From assembly GCF_964204865.1 (NCBI RefSeq), contig NC_135263.1, forward strand, positions 19,468,001 through 19,532,000: 64,000 nucleotides of DNA. The letters run 5' to 3'. Every line of letters begins with the position of its first letter. The first letter of the stretch is position 1. Below, one piece after another: positions 1-12,130 of the stretch. The DNA is from Styela clava. Lineage: Eukaryota. A program made the translations under genes and the position numbers. A model generated the notes under the pieces. The model made no database searches and was not told where the DNA came from. It saw only the letters and a list, made by a program, of their open reading frames with translations.

Positions 1-668
1 TAGGGTTGGGAATAGTTAACCGGTCAACCGATTTTGGACGGTTAACGGGTACGATTTATTCTAACCGTTAACTGACATTTCAGGTACAAATCATTTTTAT
101 AATGTACAATTAATTCAAAAATGATTATACGACATCGCAAATTTATCTCCTGCGGCGTTCAATTCAAAAGAATATCACTAACTGCATTGATGAGGACCCA
201 ATAAATGTGAAAAATATTTAAAGTACCAAGATTGCTGATTATAAAAGTTTGACAATGATAAATTCCGAGTCAGTTTCGGTCAAAATATATTGTTCACGAT
301 TTTATTGCAAAACCGTATATATATTCAATGTCATCCAACCAGTGCGCAGTTGATGCTGTTTTCTTTATGATATCTCAGAGTAGAATTTTCAGGTCTAACA
401 CTAAAAATTTGTCACATAAATGACATTTAATAACGGATTCGGGTTTTACCAAAATACTTCCATATGTCAGAAGCACGCTGCATATCTTTTGCAGCAGAAC
501 GATCATGAAACTATCTCCTTCGTGAATAATTTTGAGCGATACTGCGATAAGATCACCCGAAATTGCTTGTAACCATTGTGATCATTACGTCAAACATCAC
601 GCTGCGGTTAACCGGTTAATTTTACCCGGTTAACGGTTGAAGTGTTTTCCCTAAAATTCCCAGCCCTA
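1..668. mobile_element. hAT-like non-autonomous element (MITE)
   Basis: Terminal inverted repeats TAGGGTTGGGAAT (1-13) / ATTCCCAGCCCTA (656-668); subterminal TAACCGGTTA-type repeats at both ends; left TSD lies outside the window. Confidence 0.7.
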
Positions 669-715
669 GCGCTCATACATAACACTGACTAAGGATCCAT
701 TAAAGAAAAGTACTA

Positions 716-1082
716 CCGTGTTTCCCCGAAAATAAGACTGGGTCTTATTTCAAATTTCTTCCGAAAAATAACACTAGGGCTTATTTTCGGGGGATGTCTT
801 ATATATATATTCATTTATCAAGAACAAAATTACAAATGTACAAAATATGAAAACCAATATCCATTTACTTAGAAATAACACGATTTTAGTCAAAATAACT
901 GTAAAACATAGAATATCAATCATTTCAAACGTGTAGTAGGGATTTCTTTCTATCACCAGATAAAAAAAAAATTCGCGTTATTGACTAGGTCTTATTTTAA
1001 GGAGAGGGCTTATATTAAAATCATATTCAAAATTCAGGCTAGGTCTTATTTTCAGGGCAGGTCTCATTTTCGGGGAAAACGG
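716..1082. mobile_element. Tc1/mariner-pogo (Tc2-like) MITE
   Basis: TIRs CCGTGTTTCCCCGAAAATAAGAC / GTCTCATTTTCGGGGAAAACGG flanked by TA on both sides; internal GGTCTTATTTT repeats. Confidence 0.75.
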
Positions 1083-1589
1083 TATCTATAGTGGGGGAGA
1101 AATAAACCTTAGTCATTTAAAACCCATCCTACGCGCAAAAAGAAAAGTTGCGTAAAATTTTTTTTTCAACATTAGCTCTTATGGGAAATGCGATCACCAG
1201 AGCAGAAATTTCATTTTTTGGGATTTTCTAGCAATATTTTAGTATGGGCGTGTGCAGTTTTAAAGATAGAATATTTTTTAGATAGTTTTCGATCTTTTTA
1301 TCACAATAAACACGGTCAAGATTTTTGATAATCGTTCATCGAAATTTTAATAGGCGTGGTCACTTTCGCTATGCTATACCATGACATTCTGCCATAGCAT
1401 TGTGGTCTGTAATAAAATGCGCGCCGGCTGCTCGTTCTTCTTGTTATCATAGTTCTCCTTCAAACAGGTAAGAGATATCTAATTTTAGTTAGGCTAATCT
1501 AGCGCAATTTTTCCTGGACTAATTTTCAAATACTACAACCAAACTAAAACGCTTCAAAACACAATATGAATTTAATTCACATTTGACTT

Positions 1590-2135
1590 TTGGAAAATCA
1601 ACTGAAAACTGACAAAAACACGCAAAACCACGAATATATTGCATTGTTTATACCCATGATTGTATGTCTGTCTGAACGAAAGAAGTTTCTGAGCGGTTGC
1701 ACTAGTTGCAATTGTTACGTCATTCTTGACTTATTGCTGATCGGTCAATGTTACGGAAATAGGAGATCGATGCTCAAATATATGGGCACAGAATGATATG
1801 GGTATGCAATTTTGAACCCCACAAAGAGCGAAATTTTTAATTTTGATGACGTCTTCGAAAAATACAATCTTTCACGACTGAAAAACCCCAAAGCAATTGG
1901 TCCAGTAGTTAATGGGAAAACCAATTTTTTCACAAGAAGAGGAAGCAAAGGAGAAGAAATGAAATACTAACATGATGATGAACAACAAAAAATACTAAAA
2001 CGATCCTCGGTCCAGTTCGTGTCCAATAAACAAGGAAATCGGGCGTTCGGGGAAACATCCACCTCACCACAGGGAAACATCCGCCTGGTATTAGATACTG
2101 TACGTAGACGGCCATATCACACCATTTTGAGCTCG
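1590..2135 (+). pseudogene. Possible decayed coding segment, product unknown
   Basis: One frame runs about 180 codons with only two stops (TGA 1794, TAA 1968), joining track ORFs 1590..1796 and 2019..2240; no family recognised. Confidence 0.25.
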
Positions 2136-2375
2136 CGTATGAAAACACTTCGAAATTTCTCACACTTTCGCTTTTCGCAGGTTCGAACTCCATGGGGTAT
2201 AATTACGTGCGTATGCATTATTGTATTCATACAATTATGATTGCTGGGATCCTCGCCGCCGTAGGGTAGTTTACGTAATCGCTGGTCAGTTACGGCTTTC
2301 TCCACCCCCAAGTCCATTTATCTGCTAATCCCATATAATCGGACGAAAGGCCGTGTTTACCCAAAGAGGCAGATA
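2131..2375 (+). mobile_element. tRNA-derived SINE, degraded copy
   Basis: B-box-like GCAGGTTCGAACTC near 2178 followed by a body shared with five other copies in the window. Confidence 0.6.
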
Positions 2376-2660
2376 TTCAACGATGGTTGTAAACATTATG
2401 TGTTCACGATTTTGCGTGTTATTTGTTCAGTTATGTTTCCAAAAATTAGTTGCAATAAATTGAAGTATTTCGATTGTCATCATGTCTTCCGATAAGCTTT
2501 AGTCTTGTTACCATAATCATATATTAGTACACGGAAAGCTGCGATAGACTAAAATTATCTATTAGTACCTGTAGGCAGCACGTGTTTGTATATTCTAATG
2601 AAAAATAATGCTTTTGGGCACGTAAGTCAGTTTGTAAATGTCTTCAAAACACTCACAAAA

Positions 2661-3140
2661 TAAGCGTCAAAGGTTTTTCGGGGTCAAGGGTCAAAGAAAC
2701 ATCCTACGGAGTCCCTAAAGCGGCGTTAAAGATTTTTACCAGCCAACAAGGAAGATATGCGATTTTTAACAATGGGTCTACGATAATGGACTAGGTGACT
2801 AGGGCTTGGGTACTTCTTTTTTTTCAACTGTAGTGGAAGCGAGCTTGTAAAGATAGAATAGGATTTACGGTACAGCTTTTCTTTATTCATCATCCAGTCA
2901 TTAGCCAACAAATCAAACAAAAAACACAAACAGTACCGTAACACTCAATAAGTAAAATAAAATAATTGACTAACAACGTACCGTACCGTAATTGATAAGA
3001 GATCGAAAGGATCGTATGGTCTAAATCAGAAAAACTCTTGGGTCTCTTGAGTATAAGGTATGGTACCTAGTTTAGTACCACAAGTAGGGTACCGTACCGG
3101 TACTTTCGGTGAGCGAAACATAAGAGAGAGAGATTTTTGT
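2661..3140 (+). repeat. Local duplication, copy 1 (copy 2 at 6825-7286)
   Basis: Near-identical sequence from TAAGCGTCAAAGG to GAGAGATTTTTGT; differs by a few substitutions and 8-bp and 11-bp indels. Confidence 0.92.
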
Positions 3141-3141
3141 C

Positions 3142-3591
3142 GGTCTCGTGTAGTTTCGTACCTAACGTACTTTTAGTGGGCGTAACATAACAATTTTTTC
3201 ATATGTCAATCCTCACCCCCATCTGACTACGCCATCCGAAAATTACGTCACTACGGCATCACAATCATGTCATAGAGCTTGCCAAATATACGTACAATCG
3301 CCCGAAATGGCATTGGCGCCGACGATAAAGAACTGACTGACATTATCGATCTCTCTCCTATTGGAATCGTTGCGACGAGAAAACGAGAGAAATAACTGTT
3401 TGATTTCGGGTGCTCGTTTGCGCGTCTTGGATGGCACTTTGTATAGTTTGAAGGACTCTATTACGTCACTGTGACGTCGTGTTAAAGTAAGTTTTGGATG
3501 GTGTAGTCAGGTGGGGGTTAGGATTGATACGTGAAAAAATTGTCATGCTACGCCCACTAGAAGTATGTTAGGTACGAAACTACATGAGACC
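3142..3591. mobile_element. MITE with about 95-bp TIRs, upstream of ZDHHC
   Basis: GGTCTCGTGTAGTTTCGTACCTAAC...ACTACGCCATCC mirrored by GGATGGTGTAGT...GTTAGGTACGAAACTACATGAGACC; TSD not clear. Confidence 0.8.
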
Positions 3592-4080
3592 CCTTGTTTT
3601 AATGGTTTTGGGTTTAAATGTGTGAGAGCCTATGTTTAGGTTTTTTTGCCTAAAATACGGTAGCGATACACAATCTTAGTATACGGTACTGGTACAGCCG
3701 GGAAGACTGCCGACTACAGTACAGGTACCGATTTGACGCTCCTGCAGCTGTGCCAGACGCCCTCATTTCATAGAGTGTTTGTTTTATTAAACCAAATGTT
3801 AGAACATCTTGAAATCGAATAAGTGTGCTCGACTGCATTATGATGTCAAAAACCCCTCTCGCACAGGATTTAAAGCTGTGTGAAGTACGGTAATCATGTG
3901 GTCAGCAATTTTATGGTAAGCATATTACTAACGGTTAGCATGATGCACCAACATCAAACATTGACATATTTTTGCAGCACTCTCAGGGTGTTAATTCACT
4001 AACACAGACTTATTGACGTGATCATGAATTTCAATTGAATGCCTATTATATCTTATTTTGCAGATTACAAATCAAAAGTC

Positions 4081-4944
4081 ATGGCTGGCAATGGAAACTA
4101 CCATTATTCGCACATTGGATATAATTCGGATAGAGGTAAGAAGAAGCTGTGGTTCATAAAAGATGGATGTGGTGTGTTTTGTGCTGGAATCACATGGGGT
4201 TTAGTTTTTTATGCACAGTTTGTTGTGCTAGCTGTTCTCATCATTCCAAATATTTCTAAAAGTGCTGTGTATAGCACTTTTAATGGTCTACTTTTCAATG
4301 CTTTGGCAATACTTGCACTGACATCACACTTCAAGTCAATGACTACAGATCCTGGAGCTGTACCAAAGGGAAATGCCACTAAAGAGAACATTGAAAGCCT
4401 TCAACTTAAACCAGGACAAATAGTATATAAGTGTGCAAAATGCTTCAGCATTAAACCGGAGAGAGCTCACCACTGCAGCGTTTGCAAGAGATGCATCAAG
4501 AAAATGGATCACCATTGCCCATGGATAAATAACTGTGTGGGAGAAGCAAATCAAAAATACTTTGTCCTTTTCACATTATATATAGCAGCAATCTCACTAC
4601 ATGCCCTAATCATGGTTGTTATTCATTTTGTTCAGTGCTTTGATACACAGTGGCAAGCATGTAGTATATTTTCACCGCCAGCGACTATCATTCTTCTGAT
4701 TACTCTCACATTTGAAGGTCTTTTATTTTTTCTATTTACTTGCATCATGTTCTGCACACAGTTGCATTCTATGTGCTATGATGAAACTGGTATCGAGCAA
4801 CTTAAAAATGAGAAACATTATCAGGGGAGATCTAAATGGCTGAACATCAAATCTGTATTTGGTGACAAATTCTCTTATGACTGGTTCCTTCCATTTTATC
4901 AACCAGTGACAGCTAAACAGGATGTTTATCAGTACATTGTGTAA
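4081..4944 (+). CDS. ZDHHC3/7: DHHC palmitoyltransferase, ZDHHC3/ZDHHC7-like (287 aa, single coding exon)
   Basis: WFIKDGCG N-terminus, TDPGAVP, Cys-rich domain with [11 protein letters not shown] and [24 protein letters not shown]-terminal YQYIV. Splice acceptor TTTTGCAG at 4063 precedes ATG 4081, so the track start 4039 is probably intronic. Confidence 0.93.
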   Translation: MAGNGNYHYSHIGYNSDRGKKKLWFIKDGCGVFCAGITWGLVFYAQFVVLAVLIIPNISKSAVYSTFNGLLFNALAILALTSHFKSMTTDPGAVPKGNATKENIESLQLKPGQIVYKCAKCFSIKPERAHHCSVCKRCIKKMDHHCPWINNCVGEANQKYFVLFTLYIAAISLHALIMVVIHFVQCFDTQWQACSIFSPPATIILLITLTFEGLLFFLFTCIMFCTQLHSMCYDETGIEQLKNEKHYQGRSKWLNIKSVFGDKFSYDWFLPFYQPVTAKQDVYQYIV

Positions 4945-4981
4945 ATTGGTGTATTTTATGTCAATATCGGTAATAATAAAT

Positions 4982-5184
4982 GGTACACCCGTAGTATGTG
5001 TACCAGGTTAGGGTTAAGCCATAATTTTATTCCGATTTTCCCTATTTTAGTTCTATTACGAGTTCGGGGACTGTCTGTGTTAGCCAAGTGAATATACCCC
5101 TACCCATAAGCTTCCGCCCCTTTACACAACTTGATGTAAAGTAGGCAAACTTACTAGTCGTAGTTACTTTCATATTGGTACACA
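4982..5184. mobile_element. Merlin-like MITE, one end degraded, just 3' of the ZDHHC stop
   Basis: Shares GGTAC..GTAGTATGTGTACCAGGTTAGGGTT and its body with the copy at 37270-37488. Confidence 0.7.
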
Positions 5185-6152
5185 AACTAAATATATCAGT
5201 TGTCTGCTTCTTTTTGATCTGTAATTTCAATGACTATTTATATTTATTCATTCCATCATTCAGGCTAGTATTATAAAATCAAAAATATTTCATATTTCGA
5301 GTAAGCCCAAACATTCCTCATACGATAAATGTACTTTGTTCATTTATTTGTGGAATTTACATTAGTTTTGTTCTAACATTAAAAACATTTCAGTATCACA
5401 ATAATGATAATGACATATTTGCTAATAACAACTCCCTATCTATTTCAATTTGAAATCAGTTTGATAACCACCTTTTCGGCATGATGTACATTGGAAGACA
5501 ATATGATTATTTAAACACATTTTTAACTTATCTTTTGTTTATAAAAAACGTATGCTTCTTTTTCTGACATTTTTTTGTGAATTGTGATACTTTTGAACTC
5601 TATTATCCTTAATAATATGCAGTTGAATACAAATTTTGAGATCTCACAAAGGCATTTGAATTTTAGCTGACATCTTACAATCGAATTTTTGACATATTTA
5701 AATTCTAACAATGGTCAGGTTATGCCTAGTTACTATGTTGGTTGAACATTACTGTGAACCTGATACATTTCATGTGAAGTTTTCGCTTTATTTTCACACA
5801 TTATTTTATTATTCTTTTTTAATTAATAATGCAGTAGAGACTAGTTGCGTGGACTTTTCTAATGCTATACCTTTTTATCATGAATATATATTGAGTTTAG
5901 ATGTTAATTAGGGTTTTTGCAATAATCCAAGACCACACCACAGTTTTTGGAATTATAGCTGAATAAATACTTCCTTTTGTGTGTCCTTTTTGGTTAGTTA
6001 AAGTGTTCAGTTTGACAATAAGTCTTTTCTGTATAAAATAAGTATTATGACTTAGTACATATTCTTATGAAACCATGTGCGGCAAAAATTAATTGATGAA
6101 AACAGTAAACAGTAGTTGTACTAATTATTAAATGTATCACCATTAATGAGTT

Positions 6153-6307
6153 AGGATAGGATTTACATATTTATTTACATAAGACGGCTTATCCATATGG
6201 CGAACCACGGCCTCTCGTCCGGTTACCATTCCAAGTCGGGTATGGGATTAGTTTTACTGTATTGTTTGTTTTCGGAAGCATGGACTTGGTGGTGGAGGAA
6301 GCCGTAC
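6153..6307 (-). mobile_element. SINE 3' fragment
   Basis: AGGATAGGATTTACATATTTAT tail plus body matching the other copies. Confidence 0.65.
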
Positions 6308-6516
6308 TGTTATACTGGTGAGTCGCAGATTGAATCGAAAAGTTCACAGCCCGTAACGAAATTTTCAAGATAAAAGCGGTGGCATATTAATTAAATACAG
6401 CCACCATCTGATGTAAAATTCAGAATTGGAATCACAGAACTAACTGGGACCTTTGGATCCTCCTAAATGAGCTACAAAAGTTGTTTCTCGGGCGAACAGA
6501 ACAACGAACATCTGGA

Positions 6517-6730
6517 TTGCTGAACTCCTCGCCGCCGTAAGGTAGTTCACGTAACCGCTGGTCGGTTACGGATTCCTTCACCATCAAGTCCATGCTTCCA
6601 AAACAAATAGCTGGCTAACTAATCCCATACCCGATCTGGACTGGTAACCGGACGAGAGGCCGTGGTTCGTCATATGATTAAGTTGTCTTATCGGCTTTCT
6701 CTCCCCCGGGATAAATATGTATATCCTATC
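6517..6730 (+). mobile_element. SINE, 5'-truncated
   Basis: Body matches the copies at 23168 and 48390 in reverse; ends in an ATCCTATC tail. Confidence 0.7.
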
Positions 6731-6761
6731 TCGGAAAACTACGTTCGTTTGATGCATTGAA

Positions 6762-7366
6762 TGGCCCCCGTTAATCATAAATTTCTTGGTTGTTAGCTTT
6801 CATATGTAACAATTCTTGTATTTCTAAGCGTCAAAGGTTTTTTCGGGGTCAAGGGTCAAAGAAACATCCTACGGAGTCCCTAAAGCAGCGTTAAAGATTT
6901 TTACCAGCCAACAAGGAAGGTATGCGATTTTTAACAATGGGTCTACGATAATGGACTAGGGCTTGGGTACTTCTTTTTTTTTAACTTTAGTGGAAGCGAG
7001 CTTGTAAAGATAGAATAGGATTTACGGTACAGCTTTTCTTTATTCATCATCCAGTCATTAGCCAACAAATCAAACAAAAAACACAAACAGTACCGTAACA
7101 CTCAATAAGTAAAATAAAATAATTGACTAACAACGTACCGTACCGTAATTGATAAGAGATCGAAAGGACCGTATGGTCTAAATCAGAAAAACTCTTGGGT
7201 CTCTTGAGTATACGGTATGGTACCTAGTTTAGTACCACAAGTAGGGTACTTTCGGTGAGCGAAACATAAGAGAGAGAGATTTTTGTGGGTTTTCGCTTTA
7301 TTGGCCCCCGTTAATCATAAATTTCTTGGTTGTTAGCTTTCATATGTAACAATTCTCGTATTTCTA
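6762..7366 (+). repeat. Duplication copy 2 (6825-7286) bracketed by 65-bp direct repeats (6762-6826, 7302-7366)
   Basis: TGGCCCCCGTTAATCATAA...GTATTTCTA occurs twice with one mismatch, either side of the copy of 2661-3140. Confidence 0.9.
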
Positions 7367-7813
7367 GGTACAAATTATGCACGTTACTGCGTTTGTTTGT
7401 TTTGCGTCCTATTCAATGGCGGATAAAATTAATTGCCCTAATGTGTCCCTGAAGCCTCCCAGAATTGTATCTGACGCACTGTTAAATTTCTTGACGTTGC
7501 CTTCATGATTGTGTTTGTCACTTGAACAACAGCTGTCTAACAATAAAAAATTCATTTGTTCCATTAATTTATCAACTGTCGTATTCCTATTTGTAGAGTT
7601 TACACGCTCAGCGAGCAGCATTGCATCACGTAATGTCACAGCTAGAGATGTAGCCTAAGTTTCAAATATTTTATTCTAGAATCGAATTTCGAATCAGAAT
7701 GCTCCGATTCGAATATTTCCAAATCTGATTGTATTTTGTATTACATGATATCCAGTGTTGGGATTCAGCCGGTTCTTTACAACCGTCTTGCGATCAGCGG
7801 ACCGGGTAGCAAT

Positions 7814-9787
7814 TAGGCTTGCACGTAATTGACAAAAATCTATTCCGTAATTACGGCAAAATCAATTACGTAATGACCCCGTAATTGCGATATTTTTCCA
7901 CGCATTTAAACCTATCGTAACAACCCATTGAATCCACTTTTTTTCCGAATGGGACATTGAAGTTGGGTTTTCATATTCTTGGCAGTACTACACGCCGGCG
8001 GCAAATGTTAAAGACAACTATCAAGGAGTGAATTCAAATTAATTTTATTCTGATTTTTATCTTTTGTGTTAGCTTTGGTTTTTCTTTATCACCTTCGCAA
8101 ATTAACCGTCCCATTTTTATGCGATCAATTTTATTTTATTATTACCGACACTGGTATACGGATATTTATGGAAACGATAGTTTTTTAAAACCACCTTAGT
8201 ACTGAATAAAAATTACGGGTTTCTAATTTATTAACCAACGACGAGCGTATTCTCTCATTTGATTATACTTGCGATTTCCTCGCGACGAAGACTTGTTTTT
8301 GCAGCGTTTTCTGCATTATCCGACATTACTGCCTTGTTAGCATTTTTATAATAATAATATTGATGTCGACTTATTGACGATATTCCGATTACCATACTTC
8401 ATTTTACATTCAATCATTTCGCGGACTGAATGTTTATAACATTATTTGCGATAAATTTATATCAAATATTATTTATTTGCGTATAATTTAAATACCGAAC
8501 TTATATGACATGCCTTCTCCGAAAATACAACGTTATATCGCAAAACAATGCATTTTGTGACATTTATTTTACACTCACAACATTTATTTGCTAACTCAAG
8601 TCGGCGATCCGGACTGATATACGAGTATAACGATAAAACCGTTAACAGAACATCAAGATTTTGTAATAGAAAATGGATCTCGCACAGAATAAACACACAG
8701 GCTCATATTTGATTATATATGATAGCAGTTAAATTTTCAACGGTCCGCGAGGAATCCGTCGTTTTGGTTCATTACGCAATCTCTCTTTTGTCGTCATATT
8801 GCTATTTGATAAGCGTGACATTAATTATCACGGCGAGGTATTGGCGCGAGTGATCAATCGCTCTTTTCGCTTATTTGGTTCCAATTCGTCGCGAAAGCTC
8901 TTCGTTAAATTTCACAAGATCGTCGTGTTGAAAGGTAATGGATATTTTCCTGTTTATACCCCAAGTCTGAAATGAAACAGCCAAGAACAATATGATATTC
9001 CATGTTCATATATCAAGTGTTGATATTAACAATAAAGAATTGTTAAGCATTGCTAATCAACACTTGGTGGGGAATTCCCACTATTCAAACGCGTGACTAT
9101 AAAATAGAATAAAATATAAACGGAACTTATATACCATCATAAGTAACGGAAAACTGGAACAAGTAAATAATAAATAAAAGTAAAATGGATACAAATGTTT
9201 AATAGACCATGTTTGATAGATTGATCTCCTGCGTTCATTAGTCATTTCACCCGAAGAAGTTGAAACCGGGCGTGTTAGCGTCCATCGGTCTTAACACAAT
9301 TCTTCCCCCTATCTACGGTTATTATGTACATTGGCCATGGCCATGCTAGATAAGATGCGAGAGAAATTGAAACCAGGTGTGTTGGCGTCAATCGGTCTCA
9401 ACGCAATTATATCCCTTATCTATGGTTAAGTTGCGGGAGAAGTTAAAACCAGGTGTGTTGGCGTCAAACGGCCCTACTCAGTTCTTCCCCCATTAACTAC
9501 GTTAATAATTTACATTGGCCACGCCAGATAAGTTGATAATAGGTTAGTAAATGGCAACGCGTCATGCGTTCATCTACGTAACAAAAGAGAGAAAAACGGC
9601 TGCGAATACCGGAACTCTAACTTCTTCTACTTGTTGAGCTTTCATTTTTCGCAATCGACGAAATTGACTGCTTTGAAGAAAGCTCTTTTCAATGCAATAA
9701 TTACGACTTTACGTAATTCGTAACTTCCCTTCCGTAACTCCAAATAATTACGTAATTCCGTAAATCCGTAAATTACGTGCAAGCCTA
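7814..9787. mobile_element. Non-autonomous hAT element, 1974 bp, nested
   Basis: Perfect TIR TAGGCTTGCACGTAATT / AATTACGTGCAAGCCTA; perfect 8-bp TSD GTAGCAAT; subterminal CGTAATT repeats. Confidence 0.9.
9253..9535 (+). repeat. Three diverged tandem units inside the nested hAT
   Basis: TTGAAACCAGGTGTGTTGGCGTCAATCGGTC-like units near 9258, 9364 and 9440. Confidence 0.7.
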
Positions 9788-9937
9788 GTAGCAATAATGG
9801 TTTATTTACTAAAAAAATATGACTTTTTGTAACAGAACCGGCTGAAAAATATGACTTTTGTGATAGAACCGGCTGACAAAAAACTTGAATCCCACCACTG
9901 ATCATATCTATTAACTATCTTCAAATTTGGAAGAACT

Positions 9938-9963
9938 ATATATATATATATATATATATATAT
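9938..9963. repeat. (TA)n microsatellite
   Basis: Direct reading. Confidence 0.9.
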
Positions 9964-10452
9964 TATGACTGAAAAAATTTAGTTTTGTTGCACTCAGTTA
10001 CATATCTATCGTTTCTTAAGTATAAGTTTGTTCCGACTCCATAATCAGCAATAAACGATAAAGCAATTGATAAAAACAAAATAAATAAAACTGATTATAG
10101 AATCGGGAAAGCAAACGAAATCTCAAGCAAGGTTTAAAGCGTACATATTTTAGGTGGGAAAGTATTGATAAAAGAATTAGTACGTGTTCGCTCACCCAGC
10201 TTCTTCTAAACTTAACCTTCAAAGTTCATCCAAATGAAATTCATTGGTCAGACGGATAAATTACACCCGGGGAATATAGCTATTTTTGATGACCAGCGAC
10301 ATGCGTTCAGATCAGGAAGTAGGAAATTATACGATTTCAGATAAAAGATATTTAAAGTTTACAAACAAACATGGACGGATTCCAAGTAAGACTTAGAATG
10401 ACGTCGAATCTTCCCCATATCTTGGTCATATAAGCAAAAATGCTGTCTAAGG

Positions 10453-11020
10453 TAGTGGTCCGCCAAATATATTTTTCAATATATATATATTATATCTCAA
10501 TAGAAAAATGCAAGGCATTGATGCAAGGCCTGTCCATTTATTTTATGATTCCTATTAATGCGTAAACCAAACTTGGCTCACTTAAAACCTTGAACGGCTG
10601 GATGTTTCGTTAATACCATGGCGTCATTTCGACGGACATCATAACGGAGGAGTTCGAGAGCACCATAGTAGGCTACATGTCTTGTTAAATTTTATACTGA
10701 TTGGAAAGCTCACACGTTTCGTAATTTGTCAGTATAATTTAATGAAATTTGATAGACCAAACAGAAATCGTGTTGAAGTTAACGCTCGACTTCTTCATTT
10801 TGCAGAAACTTCATTAGAACCGCGTTTAACACGTATGATATCAAGATGGAAGCAGCAAGTTTCATATTAAATTGTCTGCTTTTACTTACATACCTATTTC
10901 GTAATTACATTCCTTTGATTATGTTTTGTGTTTTTCAGGTTAATTTTGAAGGTTCACCGGTACGCAAAATTAGTTTTGAAATTTAACGGTCCGCAAATTG
11001 AAAAAGATTAAGAACCACTG
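10453..11020. mobile_element. Degraded hAT (Buster/Charlie-like) MITE
   Basis: TAGTGGTCCGCCAAA ... TTAAGAACCACTG; flanks GTCTAAGG / GGTCTAAA are only loosely TSD-like. Confidence 0.45.
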
Positions 11021-11224
11021 GGTCTAAACTCTAAGGCATATTGCGATTTTGGTAGTTTACTGATTGTTTTAAATATATATGTTATAATCTTTATAATACA
11101 TATTGAATGAATTTCATCAAAATATTACAAGTTAGTAAATTTGTCGCTTACATTTCAGTCTCTTGAAGCTTAAGTGTCATGTCATGCACGTATGATTCAG
11201 GTTTGATTTTTAGATTCAAATTTT

Positions 11225-12130
11225 TTGTCCATCCAGAAAGTGAGGGTATTTATTACGATATTTTATAATCGGAAGATATTTTTTCAGAAGAAGACTTCCA
11301 GACAATTTTTGTTCCGTGATTTGGCCGCATATCGCTTTGTTATTTTATCATCATCATCAGAAAGGAAACGAGCAGAAGAAAAAGAATTGCACGACCTTGC
11401 ATATTTTGCGATAAGTGTATTGTGAAGCTCAAAAGACATCTCTGTACAATACATACATATAGATGAACCGACAGAAAGCAGAATCTTGTCGCTTCCTTTT
11501 GCAAGAGACAAGTTCGATTTACTGAGAAAAAGGGAAACTTATCAGTATATATAATATTACATCATTAAAGCAGCATAAGCCATTGGTAGCAGAGAGAAAC
11601 CAGGTCCGGCCGAGGCAGCATGAAAATTTGCACCAATTGTTCCGGCTTCTTCCAAGGAAAGACATTTCATAGATATCATCAGTTGTGTCAAAGGAAGTTC
11701 GCTAGCCCTGATTCTGCGATGGGTTGGTGCATCGAATCCATCACGACGCATTCGCTGACTTGCTCGCAAAGTTTCAAAATGATGAAAAGGAAAACTTTTG
11801 TAGGCAAGATCAGTTAATAAACACTGTCGGTCGAAGCCAATTTCAGAAATACCGAATAAAAAATCAGAATTGAGGAAAGCCGTAATGGCGAATATGAGAT
11901 TGTTGGTAAATTTTTGTCAAATCCAAATCATGTGCAACCAAACAAAATGTAAAAATATCATCAAAGAATATTCTTCAACGCGAGTATTTTATGTTTTTAG
12001 AAGAAGCCATACAAAATATTGCAACACACGAGAATGGTGCTTCAAAATCAGGGTTAATAATGGTCAATATTAGAAATTTACTCAAAATGGAGGTCAAAGT
12101 AATGAAAGGAACCTACTTTTTGAATCTGGA
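11225..12130 (+). pseudogene. Frameshifted coding remnant, probably transposon-derived
   Basis: Fragments across frames: FDLLRKR, KICTNCSGFFQGKTFHRYHQLC (CxxC..C cluster), RKAVMANMRLL, FLEEAIQNIA; multiple stops and frameshifts. Confidence 0.4.

Larger units (their letters stand above)
7753..9900. mobile_element. hAT MITE (outer) carrying a nested 2-kb element
   Basis: TIR CAGTGTTGGGATTCA / TGAATCCCACCACTG; 8-bp TSD ATGATATC/ATCATATC. Confidence 0.8.

Noticed and set aside
2800-2900. C/D snoRNA suggested by minus-strand ATGATGA
   Set aside because: No suitably placed CTGA D box or terminal stem
4039-4080. Track start codon for ZDHHC
   Set aside because: It lies upstream of a good splice acceptor at 4063, so ATG 4081 is preferred
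9253-9535. Spaced repeats resembling a CRISPR array
   Set aside because: Eukaryotic context, diverged units with shared inter-unit sequence, located inside a hAT element, no cas genes
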